In this document: positions 19,215-28,693 of the stretch, one piece after another
How positions within the stretch are numbered: position 1 is the first letter of the stretch
How the letters are laid out: each line of letters starts with the position of its first letter
Assembly (NCBI GenBank): GCA_044226015.1
Contig: JBGAHS010000010.1
Span: 224,001 to 288,000 of the forward strand
DNA: 64,000 bases
Direction of reading: 5' to 3'
DNA from: Candidatus Obscuribacteraceae bacterium
Lineage (GTDB): Bacteria; Cyanobacteriota; Vampirovibrionia; Obscuribacterales; Obscuribacteraceae
The notes under the pieces: model-generated
What the model was told of the DNA's origin: nothing
Seen by the model: the letters and a program-made list of their open reading frames with translations, nothing else
Databases searched by the model: none
Position numbers and translations under genes: made by a program

Positions 19215-21020
19215 ATGGCTTTGCTGGAAAAAAAGAGTGGCAGACGAAAACTCTATTTTGAAATCAAGCAATATGCGAATGTCTTATCAGTGAAAGACTG
19301 GGGCGATGGAGATGAACGGTTGACGGGCTATCTTCGCTACAGCACTGAGGCTGAGGCATCGAAGCAGCGAACAGCACTATTAGTATCGAAGGCAGAGGAA
19401 GGCTTTAAGGTATCTGATGAAGAAGCCAAAGCGCTACTAAAAGGACCGGTTATTGAGAAGAAAGACAAAGTATTACCGCTGCCTTTTCGGCAGGATTTTC
19501 ACTTCTACAATGAGGCTACCGGATTCACCATATGCAGTGCCAAACTTTTAGGTAAGGAGATTGATGATACATCTGCTCGATGGAAGACTTCTGTCAAGAA
19601 AGGGCTCTTGATTCCCGTCGCTTTAATACAAGACGATAGTTTCAATCTTCGCCTGGTAGTCGGAGATGAGATGTCTGCACTTGAATCCACCGAGTGGGTC
19701 GGAAAAATCGAAAGCTGCCTTGATCTTGATAAAGGTGAGTTATGCATTGGTGCTGGTGCAGAACATTTATATGGCGATAGTGACGATGCCGAAGAAGCAG
19801 ATGAATATTTGCAGATTTTGAAATTGCCTCCAGGCAAATACAACGCAACGCTATACATGTATGTTCCAGGAATTAATGGATTCGCTTGTCTTGATGAAAT
19901 TGCTGGAGGCTATGACAAACATGAGCCACTGCTGCCCTGGTTTCGACGCACAAGAAACAATCAGTCTATTCCATTGTGGTTACAAAACTTGTGCGTATCA
20001 GGATGCGAGATCGATCCATCTAACCCTACCGAATTTACGAACAATCCATTCATAGATTCGGAACAGATTCCAGAGATGATTGACTTCTTGTTGCATTTGC
20101 AACCGGCTTCTGAACTGTCTAGCAAAGATGCTATCGATCCTGATTCGGGATGGTTTCCTGAGATGACTGGTGCTCGTATTCCTGTCAATTGTCCAATAGG
20201 CATTGAGGCTTTGAATTTAATAAAGAAGGAGCCGAAATGCAATGTCGGTCCTATTGTATATCCACGGAACGTATTCGAGTTGCTCAGTTCAAATGAGCCT
20301 AAAGAGCTTGATGGCGGCTTGATACTTGATCTGGATGAAATTCTAGATGTGGTTTACTTTGCGCATTTGACGCATCCAAATTCAATGATGGAAATAAGAA
20401 TGAGTGGTTTAGGAAATCTTGAATTGTTGGATTGGGCAGAAGACATAGAGCAAAGGATTGTGCAGGTTGCATTCTCTGCTGGACAAATTGGTATCCTATT
20501 TGGTAACGACCTTCCAACCTCAGCCTACATCAGTGAAATTCAAAAATTGTTTCCGTCTCTGAAAAAATTGAAAGACGATGTTGAACTTGAATTATGTTTC
20601 TGCAATAACTGGAAAAAAATTGATAGCGTGGTGCCAGGAGCTCACCGATTTCGAGGTAAGTTGAAGTCTGCTCAGTGGCACCTTGATAGTGTTTATCCAT
20701 CCAACTCTTCAAGCGTGATCGCTGCCGGTTTGGCCCTAGCACGGGCGGTGAGGTCATCAGCCTTGACTGTAAATGAACAGGCAGAGTTCGATACTATATT
20801 GAAGAGGGCTAAGAAAGGTTATCCCTACCATTTTGACGATAATGAAATAGTTTGGGAAAAATCGATGGTGACGGTGGTTCCATTTGATCCATTACTTTTG
20901 CAGATCATAGGGCAGGCTGCTTTAGATACTCGTTTTCCAACTGCATGGAAAACGAATATGAGTGCTTTGCTTGATGGTGAAGGTGATGATTTTGACATGA
21001 ATGACTTTATACAAAAGTGA
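19215..21020 (+). CDS. Hypothetical acidic protein with WGR-like N-terminal domain
   Basis: 601-aa ORF; YFEI...VKDWG...YSTEAEA...LVSKAEEGF resembles WGR. Confidence 0.65.
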   Translation: MALLEKKSGRRKLYFEIKQYANVLSVKDWGDGDERLTGYLRYSTEAEASKQRTALLVSKAEEGFKVSDEEAKALLKGPVIEKKDKVLPLPFRQDFHFYNEATGFTICSAKLLGKEIDDTSARWKTSVKKGLLIPVALIQDDSFNLRLVVGDEMSALESTEWVGKIESCLDLDKGELCIGAGAEHLYGDSDDAEEADEYLQILKLPPGKYNATLYMYVPGINGFACLDEIAGGYDKHEPLLPWFRRTRNNQSIPLWLQNLCVSGCEIDPSNPTEFTNNPFIDSEQIPEMIDFLLHLQPASELSSKDAIDPDSGWFPEMTGARIPVNCPIGIEALNLIKKEPKCNVGPIVYPRNVFELLSSNEPKELDGGLILDLDEILDVVYFAHLTHPNSMMEIRMSGLGNLELLDWAEDIEQRIVQVAFSAGQIGILFGNDLPTSAYISEIQKLFPSLKKLKDDVELELCFCNNWKKIDSVVPGAHRFRGKLKSAQWHLDSVYPSNSSSVIAAGLALARAVRSSALTVNEQAEFDTILKRAKKGYPYHFDDNEIVWEKSMVTVVPFDPLLLQIIGQAALDTRFPTAWKTNMSALLDGEGDDFDMNDFIQK

Positions 21021-21298
21021 GATGAGTGCATTTAAGTGCAGTGAGCACGGTGAGGATTCACAGTTTGCCGATCCTCTTTGCAACATTAAGCGCCTGTATA
21101 ATCCCGTAGAGCAATTCTTTTGGGAAATTTACTTAACCACACCAGAGAATGTCAAGAAGGCTGCTCCGGCTTGCCTGGAGAGACTTTTTGCCGTTTTGCA
21201 TGGGGACATTCCCATTGACCACGGGACAATATCACAGTTGAATTAATTCATCGTCAGGATATAAGTATCGGGGCTCTGGCGAAGGAGACGGTCGGCGC

Positions 21299-22321
21299 AT
21301 GGATTCAGTAAACAGACATCATAGGGGTAACACAGATCGCGTTGAGGATGGCTACAGCCAGTGCCACAGTGAGTGCTACAGACCTCAGCGAAATGATGAT
21401 TGTCATCAGAGAAGCAGTTATCGGCATCATGATCGTTCCGGAGAGATGGCCGCTCAGTTCGGTCTATCGATGGTTTCAAATATTCTAGGCGGAGTGTTCG
21501 GCGGGGGACGGTGTCAGCCTCGCTACAGTTCCTACTATGGCGATGACTATGGCTATGGCTACGGGCGCCATGGACGAGACCCGTATGGACGCGGTTATGG
21601 TTCATTTGATGGCTTCGGGCAGATGGCCGGGGGCAATATTTTGGGTGCTGTGCTCAATGGTGTTTTTGGCGGGCTGTTCAATCGCCACAATCGACATGGT
21701 GGCTACCAGCAGTGGGGCCGCGGATACGATGATAATGGCTATGGTCGCTATGACGATTATGGTCGCAGATACGGTCGCGACAATGACTGGTATCGCAGCA
21801 ACAACAGTTGGGACCAGGGCTATGGCGACAACTGGAACCAGCGTTGGCGCAATCAACAATACTCTCAACAGCAACGTGAATGGCAGTATGAGATGCAACA
21901 GCGACAACAATGGCAGCAACGCCAACAATGGGCTGAAATGCAACAGCGCAATCAATGGCAGCAACAGCATCAGAACCGTCCGCAACATAACTGGCAGCAA
22001 CAACAACGCGAACAGTGGCAGCAACAGCATCAGAACCGTCATGGACAGAACAATTGGCAGCAACAACGCGAGCAATGGCAACAGCAGCACCAACCTAGAC
22101 AAGGACAGAATAACTGGCAGCAACAACGCGAGCAGTGGCAACAACAGCACCAACCCAGACCAGGTCAGAACAACTGGCAGCAGCGTCAGGAATGGCACAG
22201 ACCGCCCACTCCACAGCAGGTTCCTCAGCAACATCATGAGCGCCCACCTGTTCAACGTCTTCCGATGCCTAATCCTCATCAGCAGCAAATGCAACGACCA
22301 GAGCAACAACATCGCCGTTAG
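21299..22321 (+). CDS. Low-complexity G/Y/R- and Q/W/N-rich protein
   Basis: AAGGAG RBS, downstream terminator hairpin, 20-aa repeats GQNNWQQQREQWQQQHQPR. Confidence 0.8.
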   Translation: MDSVNRHHRGNTDRVEDGYSQCHSECYRPQRNDDCHQRSSYRHHDRSGEMAAQFGLSMVSNILGGVFGGGRCQPRYSSYYGDDYGYGYGRHGRDPYGRGYGSFDGFGQMAGGNILGAVLNGVFGGLFNRHNRHGGYQQWGRGYDDNGYGRYDDYGRRYGRDNDWYRSNNSWDQGYGDNWNQRWRNQQYSQQQREWQYEMQQRQQWQQRQQWAEMQQRNQWQQQHQNRPQHNWQQQQREQWQQQHQNRHGQNNWQQQREQWQQQHQPRQGQNNWQQQREQWQQQHQPRPGQNNWQQRQEWHRPPTPQQVPQQHHERPPVQRLPMPNPHQQQMQRPEQQHRR

Positions 22322-22345
22322 AGGCGTAAGTACTGAAAAAACTTC

Positions 22346-22373
22346 AAGAGCAGAGTGGAAAACTCTGCTCTTT
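22346..22373. terminator. Intrinsic terminator hairpin between convergent genes
   Basis: aagagcagagt-ggaaa-actctgctctt. Confidence 0.75.
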
Positions 22374-22434
22374 GCTTAATCGAATTCTTTCTGGGACTGT
22401 TGAGGGCTAATGAATGAACTATAAAAGCCCCGGT

Positions 22435-23214
22435 CTAGACCATCGGAGGGTCATCGCCTTTCGCCGCTTGAGTGCCAAAGTAGATGTATCCCATCGTAAT
22501 AGCGAGGCTCAGAAGACCGAATGCTGGAATATCTTTTCCGATGAGGAACTGTAGCAATGAAAGCACTATTGATGGTGTCATTGCAAAAGCTGCCAACCGA
22601 ACCATGTTTTTGTATCCGAGTTTGCGAGAATCCATAAGTAATGCAAAAGCACCAAATATAAGCGCTTGAAGAATATGTGCTATCCACACGAACAACCCAC
22701 AAGCCCAGAAAATGATTCCAGAGAAAAGAGGTAGTTTGGAAATAAAGTCATTTATCTTAGCGCTGTTGACGTTGAAGTCTGTGTTCATCTGTGACCATGG
22801 CATTGTCTTTTCTGTGCCATCACGTTCTGCCACTATGAGATTGTCTTGGGTCAATAGAAAGGTGGCGCCGTTTGCATGAGCAAGGTCGGTTACTTGACCG
22901 CTTGTGTCAAACATTGCTATTGGCTTGCCGTTTTGAGGATCGTTCAAGGTGTAGGGTGATTGTTTGTCGATGCTCAATTTTCCATTAAGCAAGGTCATCT
23001 CGGGAATTTGATTGACAAATTGAGCGAGAGTTTTGTCATTAGATGCAGCTTGAGCCATGGTGAAAACTTTTACCGACTCTAGCGTCCAGCAAAAAAGCAA
23101 GATCAAAAGCAAATAGACGAATCCCATTCCCTTCCCGTTCAGCTGAAGGTCTCGATAAAATGGTTTGGAAAAAAACGTGAAAAATGGCGCTTGCAGGGGC
23201 GAAAATTCTTTCAT
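22435..23214 (-). CDS. DUF1189-like membrane protein
   Basis: FFSKPFY..L..GKGMGFVYLLLI, IPEMTLLNGKL periplasmic region, YKNMVRLAAFAMTP. Confidence 0.75.
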   Translation of the reverse strand: MKEFSPLQAPFFTFFSKPFYRDLQLNGKGMGFVYLLLILLFCWTLESVKVFTMAQAASNDKTLAQFVNQIPEMTLLNGKLSIDKQSPYTLNDPQNGKPIAMFDTSGQVTDLAHANGATFLLTQDNLIVAERDGTEKTMPWSQMNTDFNVNSAKINDFISKLPLFSGIIFWACGLFVWIAHILQALIFGAFALLMDSRKLGYKNMVRLAAFAMTPSIVLSLLQFLIGKDIPAFGLLSLAITMGYIYFGTQAAKGDDPPMV

Positions 23215-23461
23215 GACCAGGCCTCAAAATACAATTCAATAAGCATACTCTCTTGAAAAGTCGCTTGTTTGCTATTTTGTCGGTAAATTCCTTTACCACA
23301 GGGAAGGCTGTCATCCTGCGGAGCAAACGAAGCGAGATATCCCGAAACTCAAGCCGCGGGGGCGTCCAAGTCTAGGGATATCTCAAGCCGCGGAGCAATA
23401 TACCTGTGGAGCAGTAAACCACGGATCAAAAAGCCTTGGAATTGCTCAAGCCGCCAATGAA

Positions 23462-25951
23462 CTATCTGCAGAATCGCTCAAAGGCTGTTTTGATATCGGC
23501 ATTGTCAGGATTTTGCTCGTGTGCTGTTTGAAGTTCTCTTTCACCAGCTTTTCGTTGAGACAATTTCTCGATTAATAGCAACCCCAGTCGCAGATGAGCT
23601 TCGGAATCAGCAACTCGCAGTTCGATTGCTTTGTTGTATTCAGCTTGCGCTTCAGGATATTTCTTGAAGAAGTTCTGCAGCACATATCCGGCTTTGGTAT
23701 GGTAGGTCGAATTAGTTGGATCAGCCGCGCTTGCTTTCTTCAATTGATCTAGCACCGCCTCTGGTTTGTTGTTTTCCTTGATGCGATCTAACATCAACAT
23801 TGCCAGGTTAAAGTGTGGGCTTGCGTAATTAGGGTCGATTTGAATAGCCTTTTCATAAGCCTGTTTAGCCTCTACGTGGCGCCCCATGTTGTACTGATAA
23901 AGTTGACCTAGCAAATTTTGTGCTAAAGCCAATTGGGGGTCTAGATTGATTGCTTTTTTGAATTCGTTTTCCGCTTCGGGAAAGTCCTTATAGAGTTCGG
24001 CATATATGCGAGCCATTCCCACTAGTGCAAGAGCGTTTTTCGGATTTGACGAGAAGGCTTTCTTGTATTGTTCAAATGCTTCGTCGTAAACTCCTCGCCT
24101 TGAAATCAGCAGGTTGGCGTATTGAACACGCGCTTCATCCAGCCCAGGATCGAGCTTGATTGCCTGTTTGAATTCTTTTTCTGCTTCGTCACCCCGGTTC
24201 TGTTCGTCGTTGAGAAATCTGGCGTAAGCAAAGTGGCAAAAACCAACATTTGGTCCTAACTCAAGTGCTTTGTGAAACTCGTTTTCAGCGTCTGCTGCCC
24301 TTTCTCTGTTGTGTGACAGCGTAATTCCCAATTCGGCATGAAGTACCGGATTATTTGGGTCAGTGCTAATAGCTTTTTTGACTTCAGCCTCGCCATTCTT
24401 CTTATCATTGCGAGTGTTGAGAATCCGCGCAAGAGCCAGGCGTGCTTCTGCATCATCGGCATCGGCATCGATTGCCTTTCTTATGAAACCCTCTGCAAGA
24501 TCGCTCTTGCCTTGCTTGAGAAGCAGGTTCGCCAGTCCCATGTACGCTTTGCTGTTGAGGCTGTTTAGTTCTAACGCCTTCTTATACAGTTGTTCAGCCT
24601 GGTCTGCCCGATTTAGATATTTCTCGTTAATTGATGCCATAAGGCAATAGCCCATAGAGTTCTCTGGGTCAAGTGTTACTGCTTTCTGAGCTTGTCTCAT
24701 AGCTTCATCGATGTTGTTCATTCGCAAGTATGCGCGCGCTAACTTTTCTCGCCCTTGAGATGATTCCTCGTCGTTCATCACCGCTCGTTTTGCGTTCTCG
24801 TATGCCTCGTTAAAGCGTCCCTGTGTGTCGTAGACATCAGCTATGACAAGCCGAGCTTCTACCGAATCAGGGTTTGATTTTATTGCTGTTTCCAGTTCGT
24901 GAGTAGCATCAAAGAGCTTGTTGTTTTCAATGAGTTGGCGAGCATTGCGCATTTTCTCGCCATAAGTTGCCAGGTCGTAAACTCCGGCACTTTTGCCTGA
25001 CGATGATGCTGTGTCTGTGCTGAGTGGCACCGTAACTGGTGCTGTATGCGTTTCGCCTGGGGGGGTCGAAAGAACAAGTTGGGGTCCCATAAAGCTGCCT
25101 GACATTACAGGGGTCTGGACCTCCCCTTTATCTTTGAGTACGTCTTGTTGAACCTTTGCTTTCATACTATTGAAAGCTTTATCGACGGTGGCTCCGGGGG
25201 CTTTAAGCGAGTCAATAAAATATCTTGTGAAATAGCTATTCTTAATAACGTCTGATTCCCATGAGCGTTGGTCTGGGCTGCTAGAGCTTATGACCAGGCT
25301 TCCGATGCCCTGTGAAAGGCTAGAAGCATCCACATTCGTTCTGCTTATGCCCTTATGAGATTCACCGCCGGCGCCACTATAACAGGTGTCGAGTACCAGC
25401 AAAATTCGATTGGTATGAACTCTCTCTTTGATGATGCGCAAGAGCTGTCTCATTTCCAAGCCGGTGGCAAAAAGTTTGCGCAATTGTGTGTCATATGCAA
25501 CCACATAATTGACACCTCTAATGTCTGCCCCAGCGGGAGAACCATGTGTAGAAAGATAGATGACTACGAGGTCGTTAGGATTTGCAGCGTGAGGCAAAAA
25601 TGAGTCGCCAAGTGTATCCATGATGTTTACTTTGGTGGCATCATTGTTCACCAGAAGTTTGACGTGATCTTTCTGGAATTTACCGTCGCCGACTAAATAG
25701 TTGTAAAAGTCTTCGGCGTCTTTGGCGGAGTATTTGAGAGTAGGAACCTGCGGGTCTGCGAACTTGCTGATTCCTATTACTACTGCCCATTTATCGCCGA
25801 TTGGAGCAGAACTCTGCACTCTTGGAACCACTTTCGCTCCCGAAGCGCCGCCTGCCGCATAAGCAGCTGAAGACAGTAGAACGGAGGAAGCTAAGAAATA
25901 ACTCGCCAATCTGCAAAAGAGCAATCTTGCTGGATGATTTAACATGAGCAT
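23462..25951 (-). CDS. Secreted caspase-family (C14, orthocaspase-like) protease with TPR array; catalytic dyad intact
   Basis: Signal peptide; KWAVVIGISKF, YLSTHG (His), LDTCYSG (Cys), QTP; more than 10 TPRs. Confidence 0.9.
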   Translation of the reverse strand: MLMLNHPARLLFCRLASYFLASSVLLSSAAYAAGGASGAKVVPRVQSSAPIGDKWAVVIGISKFADPQVPTLKYSAKDAEDFYNYLVGDGKFQKDHVKLLVNNDATKVNIMDTLGDSFLPHAANPNDLVVIYLSTHGSPAGADIRGVNYVVAYDTQLRKLFATGLEMRQLLRIIKERVHTNRILLVLDTCYSGAGGESHKGISRTNVDASSLSQGIGSLVISSSSPDQRSWESDVIKNSYFTRYFIDSLKAPGATVDKAFNSMKAKVQQDVLKDKGEVQTPVMSGSFMGPQLVLSTPPGETHTAPVTVPLSTDTASSSGKSAGVYDLATYGEKMRNARQLIENNKLFDATHELETAIKSNPDSVEARLVIADVYDTQGRFNEAYENAKRAVMNDEESSQGREKLARAYLRMNNIDEAMRQAQKAVTLDPENSMGYCLMASINEKYLNRADQAEQLYKKALELNSLNSKAYMGLANLLLKQGKSDLAEGFIRKAIDADADDAEARLALARILNTRNDKKNGEAEVKKAISTDPNNPVLHAELGITLSHNRERAADAENEFHKALELGPNVGFCHFAYARFLNDEQNRGDEAEKEFKQAIKLDPGLDEARVQYANLLISRRGVYDEAFEQYKKAFSSNPKNALALVGMARIYAELYKDFPEAENEFKKAINLDPQLALAQNLLGQLYQYNMGRHVEAKQAYEKAIQIDPNYASPHFNLAMLMLDRIKENNKPEAVLDQLKKASAADPTNSTYHTKAGYVLQNFFKKYPEAQAEYNKAIELRVADSEAHLRLGLLLIEKLSQRKAGERELQTAHEQNPDNADIKTAFERFCR

Positions 25952-25997
25952 CTTGTTGGAACCGACCGTTTTGGTCGTATTCGCATCCTCCTCTGAC

Positions 25998-26891
25998 TTA
26001 CGGCTGATGAACTAGCGCCAGGTCTATGGCGAGAACTTGTGTTGGGTCTTTTTGCACGAATGTTGTGACTGCATTCGTGTCACTTATTTTTTCGTCACTG
26101 TTTTGTGTTTTGTCCTGACTACTACCAGCGATCTGATTGCCAGTCGTGTTGTTTAGCTTCTTTGAATTGTTTGCTACTTGCACTGTACCCGGTGCGAGCG
26201 CTAACCCACTCGTGTTCGTGTCTGTGTCCGAATAAGCAAGAACTACTGAACCGGGAATCAAATCTTTTGCTCCGTCCCTTGCAGCAGCTATCACAACGTG
26301 CTTTTTCGTTTTGTCGTTCAGGTATTTGTCGGCATCGATTGTCCCGCGTGAGACCAGCAAAACAAGGTTTTCTGTTCCAGGATTTTGGTCAAAAGTCAGG
26401 AACCCGTCTTGAGGCAAAGAGTAATCGACACTTGCTTTCAAGCGATTATTGTCATGATAGGTAGGGTCGGGAAAAAGCACGGAACGCTCTCCCTGACTAC
26501 CTTCCCTGAGCATGATGTAGGCAAAGGCGTCGGTGTTGGATGTCACGTGGAACTTGATGCTGTCGCCTGACTTGAACTGGAACTTGTTGCTTACTTTTGA
26601 TATTTTTCCGTTTCTTTTCAGTTCAATCCAGTATTGAATGCCTGTATTCAATGCCTGGCTCTGATTCGCCACTTGCCGATAAAAAAGGTCTTTAGCGCCA
26701 GAGGTTTGTGGGGAAACCTTGGCTTTGCCAGGTTTCGCAGAGTCAGCAGAATGAGCAGAATGAGCTACGCCATTGCAGAACCCTTGCGATAGAGCAAGCG
26801 CCGCAGCCAGAGCCAAAATTGATGAACGATTTTTTTCAAGCATTCCTAAATTTCTCAGGAGATAAGTAGTAGGTTCCAGGTTGAATTCCAA
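25998..26891 (-). CDS. Secreted DUF4384-domain protein
   Basis: FKSGDSIKFHVTSNTDAFAYI...LFP...FDQNPGTENL; signal-like N-terminus. Confidence 0.8.
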   Translation of the reverse strand: MEFNLEPTTYLLRNLGMLEKNRSSILALAAALALSQGFCNGVAHSAHSADSAKPGKAKVSPQTSGAKDLFYRQVANQSQALNTGIQYWIELKRNGKISKVSNKFQFKSGDSIKFHVTSNTDAFAYIMLREGSQGERSVLFPDPTYHDNNRLKASVDYSLPQDGFLTFDQNPGTENLVLLVSRGTIDADKYLNDKTKKHVVIAAARDGAKDLIPGSVVLAYSDTDTNTSGLALAPGTVQVANNSKKLNNTTGNQIAGSSQDKTQNSDEKISDTNAVTTFVQKDPTQVLAIDLALVHQP

Positions 26892-27001
26892 CTGATTTAA
26901 TAGATAGCTGATATTATTGCTAAGAATGCGTTTTTAATCCACAGAAGTTTCTACGAATAAAGTTCAGAATTTAGCCGAGCGACGGTTATCAGAGATTAGA
27001 T

Positions 27002-28693
27002 ATGAACAAAAGAGCGATTGATGGAACGTTCGGGTGGCAAAGAGCTTTGAAAGTAAGAATGGTCTGTGCTTCAGTCGTGTTGTGCGCCATGAGTTTCGGG
27101 TTTCTTTCGCCAGGCTTGCAAGCCGCAAGTACTCCGTCGAATTCGGCGCTTACGATATCTCAATCGCCACCTACGCTGTGCTGGGGAGAGAAAATCAGCG
27201 GACCTAAGGTTGCCATTTTGTGTATTCACGGTTTGGGGTTGCACAAAGGTGCCTTTGATGAATTCGGCAAAGTGATGGCCGCAAAGGGAATTCCGACCTA
27301 TGCCATCGACGTTCGCGGATTTGGTGACTGGTACCTTAAGGGTGATGAGAAGCTTGATTTGGCACAAACACTAGCTGATATTCATTCAACCCTGCTGAAC
27401 ATCAAAGCCAAATACCCGGGCACCCCGATTTACATTTTGGGCGAATCGATGGGCGGAGCCGTAGCCTTGCACGCTGCTGCTGAATTTCCAGATCTCGTTA
27501 GTGGATTGATATCGTCTGTTCCGTCTGGCGATAGGTGGAGTGGTGTAGGACAAGACTTGAAGGTTGGTCTTCATGTTCTCGCAGGTGGCTTTAACGGTAG
27601 ATTCAACGTTGGCAAGCATGTTGTTGAGCACGCCACGCATGATGAGCAATTGCGCAAACGGTGGGAAGATGACCCTGCCTCAAGAAGTAAGTTTTCGCCT
27701 GAGGAATTGATTTTATTTCAAAATTTCATGAACAGAAACAATGCTGTCGCGGCAAAGCTGACTTCTATGCCTGTGCTGATTTTGCAGGGTGCTCATGATA
27801 AGTTGGTGCGTCCTGGTGGCAGTTTCAACGTGTGGGACCATCTAGCCACGCCAGATAGAACGTTTGCTGCTAGCAAATCAACCGAGCATTTGATCTTCGA
27901 GTATGGAAGTTTTAGCAATGACGATTTGAATTTCGTTTGCAATTGGATTGATAAGCATCTGGCTCCATTGCCTGATCAGCACGTCAGTTCGGAAGAGCCC
28001 GTGATACCACCGAAGCCTTCCGTTCCAAGTAAAGATGAATTACTTGCATCATCGCCAAATCTGGCAAACAAGCATGGCTTAAATACACCTTCCGATGTTC
28101 TGACTAGTGTTCATGGTGGTGCCAATTTGCCATCACTGTCCTACTGGATTGAACTCATGCGCGATGGGAAAAGATATCGGTGCAATAACAAGACTAGTTT
28201 TAAATCTGGTGATGAAATCAGAATACATGTCATTGCTAATTCGGACGGGTATGCGTACATTTTGATGAAACAGGGTTCGAGCGGAGCGCATGCTGTCTTA
28301 TTCCCTGAGGCAAGAACTGGCAGAAATAATGCGGTGCAAGCAAACAAAGATTATGCTCTTCCCAGCGCCACCTGGTTGAAGTTCGACAATCATGCCGGCA
28401 CAGAAAGGGTTGGCTTGGTTTTCTCGAAATCTGCTCTTGACCCTGACACTAACAAATACCTAAACAACAAGCAGGCAGTCATCGTCTCGGCAGATCGATC
28501 TGGTGCTAAAGACCTATGCCCAACTAGAATGCAAATGAGTTGGGATGACCCTAATCCGCTCATTATGCCTGGTTCTGGAGCGGAGTCTGATGCCGCATTA
28601 GCATCCATGAATTCGAGCATGGTCAAAATAGCTCAGAAGGACAATAAAGAATCTGTGATAGCTGTCGATTTTGATTTGGAACATAACCCATGA
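27002..28693 (+). CDS. Secreted alpha/beta hydrolase (monoacylglycerol lipase/lysophospholipase type) fused to DUF4384
   Basis: IHGLG, DVRGFG, GESMGG nucleophile, QGAHDKLV, EHLI; C-terminal half paralogous to 25998..26891. Confidence 0.88.
   Translation: MNKRAIDGTFGWQRALKVRMVCASVVLCAMSFGFLSPGLQAASTPSNSALTISQSPPTLCWGEKISGPKVAILCIHGLGLHKGAFDEFGKVMAAKGIPTYAIDVRGFGDWYLKGDEKLDLAQTLADIHSTLLNIKAKYPGTPIYILGESMGGAVALHAAAEFPDLVSGLISSVPSGDRWSGVGQDLKVGLHVLAGGFNGRFNVGKHVVEHATHDEQLRKRWEDDPASRSKFSPEELILFQNFMNRNNAVAAKLTSMPVLILQGAHDKLVRPGGSFNVWDHLATPDRTFAASKSTEHLIFEYGSFSNDDLNFVCNWIDKHLAPLPDQHVSSEEPVIPPKPSVPSKDELLASSPNLANKHGLNTPSDVLTSVHGGANLPSLSYWIELMRDGKRYRCNNKTSFKSGDEIRIHVIANSDGYAYILMKQGSSGAHAVLFPEARTGRNNAVQANKDYALPSATWLKFDNHAGTERVGLVFSKSALDPDTNKYLNNKQAVIVSADRSGAKDLCPTRMQMSWDDPNPLIMPGSGAESDAALASMNSSMVKIAQKDNKESVIAVDFDLEHNP

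Noticed and set aside
21001..21246. 81-aa ORF
   Set aside because: No recognisable motif or clear RBS; cannot be supported.
21537..22379. Alternative-frame 280-aa ORF and antisense Leu-rich 236-aa ORF
   Set aside because: By-products of CAA/CAG-rich coding in 21299..22321, which has the RBS.
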